Below the pieces are notes generated by a model that saw only the letters and a program-made list of their open reading frames with translations, was not told where the DNA came from and made no database searches. A stretch of DNA of 64,000 nt from Desulfobacterales bacterium (GTDB lineage Bacteria > Desulfobacterota > Desulfobacteria > Desulfobacterales > JAAELO01): NCBI GenBank assembly GCA_024226555.1, contig JAAELO010000822.1, positions 62,866 to 126,865 on the forward strand. Direction: 5' to 3'. Position 1 is the first letter of the stretch, and the number at the start of each line of letters is the position of its first letter. Below are positions 56,807 to 64,000 of this stretch, one piece after another. Position numbers and translations under genes: made by a program.

Positions 56807-56997
56807 GGGAATCTCTAATAACTGTCCTTTGACCGAACTACTGGCTTTCTTCGAAATAAAAAACTGTAAACTTTATAAAATAAACCTTTTTATAAACGAA
56901 TCAGCTCGTTATTTATTTCTCAAACAGAGGTTTTATAAAACTGAAAGCTTTTATAAACGCTGTATTTCAATCAAAATCCTAATTATTAGAGTTCCCC
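56807..56997 (-). mobile_element. MITE copy, intact long type (191 bp, two TTTTATAAA modules)
   Basis: TIRs GGGAATCTCTAATAACT / CTAATTATTAGAGTTCCCC. TTAT at 56803-56806 and 56998-57001. Ends 4 nt from the stop codon of 57002-58357. Confidence 0.85.
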
Positions 56998-57001
56998 TTA
57001 T

Positions 57002-58357
57002 TTAACTTTTAAAGGATTGCAGACCTTCACCAAGTTTTAAAGGGTCACCAGTTGGTATTAGTTCAACAAGCTCAGGTAATTGCTCTATTGAAAGACCTAT
57101 TTCATTAAACTTTTTTTCGATATCATCTGTGTGGATAGTTCCAATATTGATTCCAGCATTGAACCTGGTCATAATAAGGTCAGAGATATACAATATATTA
57201 ACAAGATCTTTACTATCTTTAAATGCATTTTCAGGATAGTGATGATATCTGATTGAGTCTGTTAATAGCTTGGAAAAGTTCCATTTTTCAGCCAGTTTCT
57301 CACCCACCTGAACATGAGTTATACCAAATAGTTCCTTCTCCATTGTTAGTATATTTTTATCTTTTTGAAGTTCTCTGTAAAAAAAAGGTTTAACATCTTT
57401 TGCATATTGATCCAGAACAACAATACCAATATCATGAATCAAACCAGCTGTATACCCAATTCCAGAGGGAACAGTTTTGGTTTTAATAGCAATCATCTCA
57501 GCTATAGCAGCAGACCCAATAGCATGATGGAAAAGACCTCCTTTGCATAATGAATAACCTGAGGAACTTTGAGAGAAATATTGTTTTACAGAGTTTGTTA
57601 TTACAACTTTAACCAACTGATTTAAACCAAGAACGATAATAGCATCATCAATAGATTCGATTTTTCTTCTTATTGAAAAATAACTGGAGTTACAGAGTTT
57701 AAGAATTTTGGCAGATATGACCTGATCTTGTCTAACTTCGGATGCAATTTTCTTTATGTCATAAACTTCATCATTTAAAAGTCTCAATATTTTTAACGCT
57801 ACCTGTGGAATTGGTTGTAGTTTATCCACAGCTTTTAAGATCTCTTTTTGTCCAGGAGTTTTAAATGAATGTTCTTTCTTATCGTCATAACTTAATGGTT
57901 TTATGGTGCATATAAAATTTTTAAGATTAAGCTCCAGGCAACATGAAAAAAACCCCCCTGTTTCGGAATATTCAATTTTAATACCCTTTTTTCTTAGAAT
58001 CGAGTTTGCAACTTCAGCGGTTCTTCCTCCAATATCCAAAACCATATCCTGTTCACTAACAGGACCTACTAAGGCTCCACCAGCAATATATGCCGTCATA
58101 TTTTCAATTTCAGCTCCAAGATTAATCATTTTATCTATGAAAATTGGTATACCTGTAGATGCATATTTTTCCGGATAATCTGTTGAAAGTTTTGAAACCG
58201 GCTCTGAGAGTAAGATGTGAATTAATCCACCGATTTTATTTTTTCTGTCAAATATAACAATACCAAGACATGTCCCTAAAAAGGCCTGTAAAATTGATGT
58301 TTTTTCTTGTTCAATTGCATAATTTCCAGATGTTACATGTATTGTCCTAATAGGCAT
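57002..58357 (-). CDS. CheD (chemoreceptor glutamine deamidase)-HDOD fusion protein
   Basis: N-terminal FLGTCLGIVIFD...IGGLIHILLSEP...EKYASTG...AYIAGGA...DIGGRT...SETGG follows the CheD pattern with its Cys/His. The C-terminal about 270 aa has HDOD features (...PQVALKILRLLNDE...LCNSSYF..., GLIHDIG). Confidence 0.8.
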   Translation of the reverse strand: MPIRTIHVTSGNYAIEQEKTSILQAFLGTCLGIVIFDRKNKIGGLIHILLSEPVSKLSTDYPEKYASTGIPIFIDKMINLGAEIENMTAYIAGGALVGPVSEQDMVLDIGGRTAEVANSILRKKGIKIEYSETGGFFSCCLELNLKNFICTIKPLSYDDKKEHSFKTPGQKEILKAVDKLQPIPQVALKILRLLNDEVYDIKKIASEVRQDQVISAKILKLCNSSYFSIRRKIESIDDAIIVLGLNQLVKVVITNSVKQYFSQSSSGYSLCKGGLFHHAIGSAAIAEMIAIKTKTVPSGIGYTAGLIHDIGIVVLDQYAKDVKPFFYRELQKDKNILTMEKELFGITHVQVGEKLAEKWNFSKLLTDSIRYHHYPENAFKDSKDLVNILYISDLIMTRFNAGINIGTIHTDDIEKKFNEIGLSIEQLPELVELIPTGDPLKLGEGLQSFKS

Positions 58358-58610
58358 AGTGGTCCCTTTGTAATAAATCTTAGATAAATCAGGTATTTTA
58401 TAACATTACAAGAAAAGATTTGAACTATAATACAGATCACATTTTGAAAGAAATTCCTGAAAAATGATTTCATTATACATGTAGATCTTATCAAAGAAAA
58501 CTCATTCTTTTTGATTTTTATACATAACCCTTTTCTTTCTTTATTAAGAAACTTCATAATGTTAATAAGATAGCTTAATATTATAATAATTCGAATAAGG
58601 CTTTTCAAAG

Positions 58611-61487
58611 ATGGATACAAATAAAGATATAGTTACCGATTATGTTGAAGCATTGAAAAAATTTGAAAGGCTTGAAAATGATATTGTAATTCATAAAGTA
58701 ATCAATGGACAGAAACCAAAATACGCTTCACCTGATAAACCATTTCATCCTGAGGTTGAAAAGATACTGAAACATGCAGGAATTGATAAACTATATCAGC
58801 ATCAGATAGATGCTATCAACAATATAAGAGATGGTAAAAACACGGTTATTGCAACTCCAACTGCAAGTGGTAAAACATTTATATATAACATACCCGTTTT
58901 TGAGAGTATATTTAAAGATAAAAAGACTAAAGCTCTCTATCTTTTTCCTTTAAAAGCACTTGCACAGGATCAGTTAAAAACAATTAAGGATTTAACAAGT
59001 ATTTTTGTAAAGGAGAAAAAACCCACTGCAGGAATTTATGATGGTGATACAAAACCCTATCAAAAATCAAAGATAAGGAAAAATCCACCAAACATAGTTC
59101 TTACAAATCCTGATATGTTACATCTTTCAATTCTTCCTTATCATAATACATGGAAAGAGTTTTTAAAAAAACTTAAGTATATTGTTGTTGATGAGATTCA
59201 CACATATAGAGGTGTTATGGGATCTCACATTTCATGGGTTTTCAAAAGATTGATAAGAATTTGTGAATATTACGGTGCAAAGCCAGTTTTTATCTTTTGT
59301 TCGGCAACAATCAAAAATCCGGGAGAGTTATCTCAAAACCTTACAGGAATTCCCTCAACAGTCATCAATAAAAGTACAGAAAAGAGAAGCAAAAAAAATT
59401 TTATTTTTATTAATGGAAACGGGATGACCTCTAAAGTTGCTATATTGTTACTACATGCAGCTCTTCACAGGAATATGAAAACGATTGTATATTCACAGTC
59501 AAGAAAAATGACTGAGCTGATATCTATTTGGGCAGCAAGTAAAACAAAAAAATTTAAAAAAAGAATCAGTTCATATAGAGCTGGCCTGCTTCCTGAGGAA
59601 AGACGAAAGGTTGAAGAAAAGCTTTCAAAAGGGGAATTACTTGCTGTTGTCACAACAAGTGCACTTGAATTAGGAATAGATATAGGAGCTCTGGATCTAT
59701 GTATTCTGGTTGGGTACCCTGGAACAGTAATGGCAACAATGCAAAGAGCAGGAAGAGTTGGACGGGCTGGCAAAGATTCAATAGTTATCTTAATAGGGCA
59801 CGAAGATGCTCTGGATCAATATTTTATGAATAACCCTGAGTCTTTTTTCAAAATGGATGCAGAATCTGCTGTGATAAACCCATATAATAGTGAAATAATG
59901 TCAAAACATCTTGAGTGTGCTGCATCGGAGATACCTCTAAACATAAATGAGAATTTTTTAAATGATGATTCTATAAAAAGATGTGTGAATAGACTGATCA
60001 ACAAAATTAAACTTGTTCAAAGTGAATCAGGTGTAACTTTTTTCCCTAATGGTCTGAAATTTCCACAAAGAAAGGTAAATCTTCGTGGAACAGGCTCAAC
60101 AATGCAAATTGTTAATGTTAACACTGGTAAGAGTATTGGTGATATTGATTATTTAAGATCATTTAAGGAAACCCATCCGGGCGCTGTATACCTTCACAGA
60201 GGTAAATCTTTTATTATAAGAGAGTTTAGTCCTGAGATAGCACTTATTTCAGCTGAACCTGCCAAATCAAATTATTATACTAAGGTTAGAAGTAATAAGG
60301 ATACTGAAATAATAAGCATAAAAAGACGTAAAAAAGTTGGAAATACTGAAGTTTTTCATGGGATGATAAATGTAACCGAAGAGATAACAGGATATGAACG
60401 TATATCCTTAAAGGGATATGGTAAAAAAACAATTATTCCGTTAGATATGCCGGAACTTACATTTGAAACTGAAGGGATGTGGTTTGTTATTCCGGACCAT
60501 ATTCATGAAACGTCTGAGAAATTAATGGAGCACTTTATGGGAGGAATACATGCATTTGAACATGCTGCCATAGGTATTCTTCCTCTGATGATAATGACAG
60601 ATAGAAATGATTTAGGTGGGATATCTATTCCATTTCACCCCCAGGTTGGTCATGCGGCAGTATTTATTTACGATGGTGTTCCAGGTGGTATTGGTCTTAC
60701 AGCAAGTGGTTTTGATAAAGCTTTTGAACTCCTTGAAAAGACACTTCAATCAATAAATACCTGTAAATGTGAGCATGGTTGTCCTGCATGTGTGCATTCA
60801 CCGAAATGTGGTTCCGGAAACAGACCAATTGATAAATATTCTGCTGTTAGTATTATTGAGAGGCTTTTGAATAAAGATGAGAAAAAATTCCTGAAAACAA
60901 ATATTGTAAAATTTGTTGAGAAGAAAAAGAAAGAAGATGAAATAGTTAAAAAACCTGATAGTTATGGAGTACTTGATCTCGAAACAAAAAGGTCAGCTGA
61001 GGAGGTTATGGGCTGGCACAGAGCATATCTAATGGGGATTAGTTGTTTGGTGCTTTACGATTCAAGGGATGACAAGTACCATGAGTATACGATGGACAAT
61101 ATTGATGAACTTACTGGTCATTTAGAGGAGTTGGATCTTATTATTGGTTTTAATATTATAAGATTTGACTACCTTGTACTTTCAGGGGTTCTGGACTATA
61201 ATTTCAATAAATTACCAACACTCGATCTTCTTGAAAAAGTTCATAAAAGATTGGGTTACAGATTGTCCCTTGATCATCTTGCAAACCTTAATCTTGGAGA
61301 GGAAAAAACTGCTGATGGACTCCAGGCTCTTAAATGGTGGAAAGAGGGGAAAATAAGAAAAATTATTGATTACTGCATAAAAGATGTTGAGATAACAAAA
61401 AAAATCTACCTCAAAGGAAGAGACGATGGCTTTCTATTCTTTAAGAACAAAGCAGATATGAAAGTTAGATTTCCTGTAAAGTGGTAA
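58611..61487 (+). CDS. MrfA/YprA-like DEXH helicase with DUF1998 zinc domain, fused to a C-terminal DEDD-type (YprB/MrfB-like) exonuclease domain
   Basis: Helicase motifs ATPTASGKT, VVDEIH, SAT and QRAGRVGR. DUF1998-type CKCEHGCPACVHSPKCGSGN. The last about 190 aa read VLDLET...IIGFNIIRFDYLVL...IIDYCIKDVE (Exo I/II/III-like). Confidence 0.85.
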   Translation: MDTNKDIVTDYVEALKKFERLENDIVIHKVINGQKPKYASPDKPFHPEVEKILKHAGIDKLYQHQIDAINNIRDGKNTVIATPTASGKTFIYNIPVFESIFKDKKTKALYLFPLKALAQDQLKTIKDLTSIFVKEKKPTAGIYDGDTKPYQKSKIRKNPPNIVLTNPDMLHLSILPYHNTWKEFLKKLKYIVVDEIHTYRGVMGSHISWVFKRLIRICEYYGAKPVFIFCSATIKNPGELSQNLTGIPSTVINKSTEKRSKKNFIFINGNGMTSKVAILLLHAALHRNMKTIVYSQSRKMTELISIWAASKTKKFKKRISSYRAGLLPEERRKVEEKLSKGELLAVVTTSALELGIDIGALDLCILVGYPGTVMATMQRAGRVGRAGKDSIVILIGHEDALDQYFMNNPESFFKMDAESAVINPYNSEIMSKHLECAASEIPLNINENFLNDDSIKRCVNRLINKIKLVQSESGVTFFPNGLKFPQRKVNLRGTGSTMQIVNVNTGKSIGDIDYLRSFKETHPGAVYLHRGKSFIIREFSPEIALISAEPAKSNYYTKVRSNKDTEIISIKRRKKVGNTEVFHGMINVTEEITGYERISLKGYGKKTIIPLDMPELTFETEGMWFVIPDHIHETSEKLMEHFMGGIHAFEHAAIGILPLMIMTDRNDLGGISIPFHPQVGHAAVFIYDGVPGGIGLTASGFDKAFELLEKTLQSINTCKCEHGCPACVHSPKCGSGNRPIDKYSAVSIIERLLNKDEKKFLKTNIVKFVEKKKKEDEIVKKPDSYGVLDLETKRSAEEVMGWHRAYLMGISCLVLYDSRDDKYHEYTMDNIDELTGHLEELDLIIGFNIIRFDYLVLSGVLDYNFNKLPTLDLLEKVHKRLGYRLSLDHLANLNLGEEKTADGLQALKWWKEGKIRKIIDYCIKDVEITKKIYLKGRDDGFLFFKNKADMKVRFPVKW

Positions 61488-61499
61488 AGGATATGAAAA

Positions 61500-62162
61500 A
61501 TGTGTGGAAGGTTTGCTTTTTACAGTACTATTGCTGCAATAAATAAAAGTATCAATATAAAAGTTATCACCTGCTCAGTTGAATCTTCATATAATATAGC
61601 ACCACTTAGTGAAGTTTTAACTGTGATCAGAGATGGTGATCTGAAACTCGGAAAACTGAAATGGGGTTTTGTTCCATCATTTGCAAAAGATACTAAATTA
61701 GCATCAAAAATGATCAATGCCAGATTTGAAACCATATCTGAAAAACCGAGCTTTAAAAGATCATACAGTAAAAAAAGATGCATTATTCTGGCAAATGGTT
61801 TTTATGAATGGCGCAAGGAGAAAGATGGAAAACAACCATACTACATCTATATCCCAACAAGAGAAATTTTAACATTTGCAGGAATATTTGAGATCTGGAA
61901 TAAAAAATACAAATCCTGTGCAATTATCACCAAAGATTCATCATCAGATATATCTAAAATACACCCGCGAATGCCAGTTGTTTTAAAAGAGAATGCTTTT
62001 ATGGACTGGCTTGATAAAGATATTACTGATAAAGATGCTTTAAATGAAATTATTCAGGAAAACTGTGAGGATAGTTTCAGCTTCCACAAGGTTTCAAAAG
62101 ATGTAAACTATACTCAGAAAAATTCAAAAAAATGTATATCTGTTTTAACCGAATCTCTCTGA
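61500..62162 (+). CDS. SOS-response-associated peptidase (SRAP; YedK/HMCES family)
   Basis: Starts MCGRF (catalytic Cys2), with YNIAP, MINARFET and FYEW motifs. Begins 12 nt after the helicase stop. Confidence 0.9.
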   Translation: MCGRFAFYSTIAAINKSINIKVITCSVESSYNIAPLSEVLTVIRDGDLKLGKLKWGFVPSFAKDTKLASKMINARFETISEKPSFKRSYSKKRCIILANGFYEWRKEKDGKQPYYIYIPTREILTFAGIFEIWNKKYKSCAIITKDSSSDISKIHPRMPVVLKENAFMDWLDKDITDKDALNEIIQENCEDSFSFHKVSKDVNYTQKNSKKCISVLTESL

Positions 62163-62282
62163 AAAAATGTAATAGGAGAATGTAATTTATCAGGTTGTCC
62201 CCCCTGAAAAATTGTTACTTTGGAGAGTTCATGGGTATAAAAAGATAGAGAAAGACTTTTCCTCTTCAATGTCCCGATTTTT

Positions 62283-62333
62283 TTATTGTGAAGCTTGCGT
62301 TTAATACCCGCTTGCGGCGGGGTTTTTTATTTG
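62283..62333 (+). repeat. Repeat A: about 50-bp element ending in a GC-rich hairpin plus T-tract
   Basis: TTATTgtgAAGCTTGcgtttaataCCCgCTTGCGGCGgggTTTTTTATTTg; an inverted partner lies at 63652-63702. Confidence 0.5.
62307..62329 (+). terminator. Rho-independent terminator of the helicase-SRAP unit
   Basis: CCCGC-ttgcg-GCGGG followed by GTTTTTTAT. It is a GC-rich island in AT-rich DNA, 145 nt after the SRAP stop. Confidence 0.6.
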
Positions 62334-62359
62334 AAGACGCTTGATACAGTTACTTTTCC

Positions 62360-63212
62360 CTATTTTTTTATCAATTTATCAGGTAGAGCGTAATATTTAT
62401 CATGAATTTTCTGCATTATCTTTGATTCTCGGATTTTAGCCATCTTATCCCAGATTTTATTTGCAAGATCAGGATGTTTCTTTATAAATTGATGTGAAAA
62501 CATTAAATAGTAGGGTTTCATAACAAATGGTGGTTCTAATTTTACTATGTTTTTATATTTATGGTTATTTTTAATAGTAAAATCAATTTTTTTAGGATGA
62601 TCTGTAATAACGTAAAATCGTCTTGCCAATAGTTTATTCAAATTATTAATTGAGGTTGTCGCACCATCATCAACAAGAAATCCACGTTTTTTGAGTTCAC
62701 CTACTGACGAATACCCTAAAATAGCGCCAATACGTCCTTTTAGGTTTGTGAATTTTTTACCATCCCATTGAACTGAAGAACCTAACATTTTGTAAAAGGC
62801 ATAGGAGTTAATTGTAATTCTTCGCTTTGGATCTGCCTTTCCGTTTTTCATAGGATAAACGCCATATTTCAATCGTCCTTTTTTGAAACTGGAGGTAAAA
62901 GCTCCTTGTCTTTCATTTTTTAAGTTGGTCAAGACACCTTCTCCAGTTAGTTCGATAATAATTTAATTTAATTTGTGGTATTTCTTCGTCGACTAATTGC
63001 AGTAACTCTATAGTAACTCCGGGCTTTTCCCAGTTAAATTTAGTTCCATTCCCAATTAATAAAGGGAAATTGTGAGAATTTCCAGTAGTCAATTTTAAAA
63101 CAATAGGGCTTTCAGCTAGAAGTTGATTTTTATTTCCTAATAAAAAAATCATTATAATGATAAATAAATGAAATAAATTTTGTCTTACCGCATTTTTAAA
63201 AAATATTTTCAT
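62360..63212 (-). pseudogene. Family-3 periplasmic solute-binding protein, frameshifted
   Basis: ORFs 62913-63212 (signal peptide ...RTNWRRCLDQLKK*) and 62360-62932 (...NLKNERQGAFTSSFKKGR...) are one gene. The minus-strand A6 run (plus-strand T-run 62916-62921) has one base too many; A5 would give ...CLDQLKNERQGAF.... Confidence 0.75.
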
Positions 63213-63245
63213 GTTTTCTATCCTTTAATTGTTTTTATACTATAG

Positions 63246-63373
63246 GGGAATCTCTAATAACTGATCTTTTGGCGAAATACTTTGTTATTTCCAAAAATAA
63301 CTGTAATAAAATCGGTCGTTAATTTTTGAAAAACCTTGTATTTCATTCAAAATTCTAATTATTAGAGGTTCCC
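63246..63373 (-). mobile_element. MITE copy, intact short type (128 bp), in the 5' leader of the broken SBP gene
   Basis: TIRs GGGAATCTCTAATAACTG / CTAATTATTAGAGGTTCCC. ATAG direct repeats at 63242-63245 and 63374-63377. Confidence 0.9.
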
Positions 63374-63403
63374 ATAGGTAATAAATGGATTGAGTTATAC
63401 GAT

Positions 63404-63434
63404 ATTATAAACATCTACTCATATCACATGTCAA
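63404..63434 (-). promoter_or_regulatory. Candidate promoter for the SBP gene, upstream of the MITE
   Basis: Minus strand has TTGACA (63434-63429), a 19-nt spacer, then TATAAT (63409-63404). The spacer is longer than optimal. Confidence 0.35.
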
Positions 63435-63568
63435 TTAAATTTGTAGGATCTGGCTGCCTTAAAAACAATAAGTGATATTTTTTTTTTGCTCTCCTCAATG
63501 TTGAAAATTTTAAATAAATAGAATCCCAGGGCAATCCAATGGTTCTTATTTAATACATCTGCGATGAA

Positions 63569-63599
63569 CAAGTCTGATGCAGAAAAAGCATCAGACTTG
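63569..63599. other. Perfect 12-bp stem-loop of unknown function
   Basis: CAAGTCTGATGC-agaaaaa-GCATCAGACTTG; no adjacent T-tract on either strand. Confidence 0.4.
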
Positions 63600-63651
63600 A
63601 AATTGCTCATCCATTCACTGTTAAACCCATGTTGTTATGCTTTCGACTGCA

Positions 63652-63702
63652 TAAATAAAAAAACGCCGCAAGTGGGATTTTACACACCAAGCTTTGTAAT
63701 AA
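63652..63702 (-). repeat. Repeat B: inverted partner of repeat A
   Basis: The minus strand reads TTATTacaAAGCTTGgtgtgtaaaatCCCaCTTGCGGCGTTTTTTTATTTa. It shares the exact 9-mer CTTGCGGCG and flanking blocks with 62283-62333. Confidence 0.45.
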
Positions 63703-63793
63703 ATTATATTATCTTTAGTAATTCCTACAAAATAATTTGCGAAAGAAGATATCTTATTCTAATGTAATTTATAAAGAATTTAGGGAGTTGCTC

Positions 63794-64000
63794 ATGTATA
63801 AACTGATATTTTTAAATATTTTCCTGCTTTTATTAATCCTGTCATGCAACACAGGTGATCAGGTTGATAGTAATATAAAAACAGTTAATGGTGTAAATGA
63901 TAAAGAGGTTTTAATTGGTTCCTCACTGCCTCTCGGAGGTCACGCCAGTTATTTGGGAACCCAGATTAAAAATGGAGCTCTATCATATATAAATAAAATC
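63794..64000 (+). CDS. Lipoprotein, branched-chain-amino-acid-type ABC substrate-binding protein (LivK-like); 5' part only
   Basis: Not in the ORF track (open at window end). ATG at 63794 after an AGGGAG RBS: MYKLIFLNIFLLLLILSCNTGDQ...KEVLIGSSLPLGGHASYLGTQIKNGALSYINKI. Has a lipobox and the typical N-terminal LxxSGxxAxxG pattern. Confidence 0.7.
   Translation, partial: MYKLIFLNIFLLLLILSCNTGDQVDSNIKTVNGVNDKEVLIGSSLPLGGHASYLGTQIKNGALSYINKI

Noticed and set aside
58611-61487. Helicase+DUF1998 as part of an anti-phage system (Druantia DruE-like / DISARM DrmAB-like)
   Set aside because: There are no partner genes (methyltransferase, PLD nuclease, DUF4338-type and others) nearby. The single-polypeptide helicase-DUF1998 layout with an adjacent or fused exonuclease, plus the SRAP neighbour, fits the MrfA/MrfB DNA-repair context better.
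63564-63767. 67-aa ORF in the 63.4-63.8 kb gap
   Set aside because: No RBS. It spans a perfect hairpin and repeat B, and its composition is typical of non-coding AT-rich DNA.
1-64000. tRNA, rRNA, tmRNA, transposase, integrase or prophage genes
   Set aside because: I scanned the intergenic GC-richer patches and the ORF list. No cloverleaf-like sequence (no GGTTCGAATCC-type T-arm outside CDS), no ribosomal RNA signatures and no recombinase-like ORFs were seen.

Overview
AT-rich (about one-third GC by eye) chromosomal window. It looks like a sulfate-reducing Desulfobacterota (Desulfobacterales-type) genome. That is an inference from three things: an HdrD-HdrA-MvhD/FlxDCBA-like redox operon, a secreted CbiK behind a cobalamin riboswitch, and a heavy load of hybrid histidine kinases. 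I call about 50 protein genes. They include four large sensor kinases, a partner-switching (PP2C/anti-sigma kinase/STAS) plus hybrid-HK plus HD-GYP operon, a LytS/LytTR pair and a butyrate/beta-oxidation block (acyl-CoA synthetase, thiolase, Hbd, acyl-CoA dehydrogenase). They also include an LTA-synthase-family enzyme, a 911-aa zinc-ribbon/FapA(DUF342) protein, a CheD-HDOD fusion, and a helicase-exonuclease fusion (MrfA/MrfB-like) followed by an SRAP peptidase. The strongest signal not explained by genes is a very dense family of small palindromic MITE-like elements. Their terminal inverted repeats are GGGAAYCTCTAATAAYT, they carry 4-bp target duplications, and one insertion is demonstrably nested. 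They sit in almost every intergenic gap, including inside the hdr/flx operon. Four genes (flxB-like, flxC-like, two orphan family-3 solute-binding proteins) are broken by single-base frameshifts. All four fall in short runs of a repeated base, so sequencing error and real decay cannot be separated here. I saw no rRNA, tRNA, CRISPR array, transposase or recognisable phage/defence island. All domain calls were made by eye from motifs in the supplied translations. No database search, HMM or folding program was run.
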